From the NCBI RefSeq assembly GCF_006345805.1, contig NC_043006.1:75020001-75084000 (forward strand): 64,000 bases of DNA, written 5' to 3'. Numbering within the stretch: position 1 is the stretch's first letter; the number at the start of each line of letters is the position of its first letter. Under the pieces are notes generated by a model. The model was not told the origin of the DNA. It saw nothing but the letters and a program-made list of their open reading frames with translations, and made no database searches. This DNA is from Octopus sinensis (lineage: Eukaryota). Shown here piece by piece: positions 63,671-64,000 of this stretch. A program made the translations under genes and the position numbers.

Positions 63671-64000
63671 TTCAGGCCTTATACCTGTCGTAGAATGGAT
63701 TATTTATCTATTTATCTGTTAGTTCTTTTGTTTGCATGTTTATTGGAAAGATTCTTCTGTCTCTTGAAAGACAATTCTCCTTCTGATAAACTGGTAGGTT
63801 TGTCTACGACATTGGTCCTTAATCTGGGTAGCAACACTTCCACTCGGATTTTATAAGGAAATTGAGTGCTGGGCGTTTAGAGATTTCATGCTTCCTTCTT
63901 TAATATTTTTTATCTTTTACTTGTTTCAGTCATTAGACTGCGGCCATGCTGGGGCACCGTCTTGAAGAAATTTTAGTTACATAAATCGACCCCGTGGTTT

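Overview
AT-rich animal genomic DNA that is almost entirely intronic or intergenic. It is saturated with (TA)n, (TACA)n, (GATA)n, (TAA)n, (GAA)n and (CA)n microsatellites and with transposable elements. The repeat repertoire is most consistent with a coleoid cephalopod (Octopus); this is inferred from remembered repeat types, not from a database search. No complete protein-coding gene, rRNA, true tRNA or CRISPR array is supported, and most ORF-track entries are microsatellite translations. Recognisable coding remnants are all transposon-derived: R4/Dong-type RLE LINEs (3 subfamilies), RTE LINEs, a Tx1/L1 3' end, mariner and Tc1-type transposases, a hAT transposase, and possibly a Gypsy/Ginger integrase. 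A few weak minus-strand exon candidates (35.4 kb, 17.8-18.1 kb, 474-851, 215-261) may belong to a host gene. The most interesting observations are: (1) a tRNA-headed, (AAT)n-linked element carrying a degenerate Penelope-type minimal hammerhead ribozyme; (2) a combinatorial SINE system of two heads x four tails; (3) LINE families apparently partitioned among different microsatellite targets; (4) two unrelated 8-bp-TSD MITE families that both carry internal telomeric (CCCTAA)n; (5) several microsatellite-associated templated or inverted duplications. Coordinates were read by eye; element ends without stated TIRs/TSDs are approximate (about 10-30 bp).
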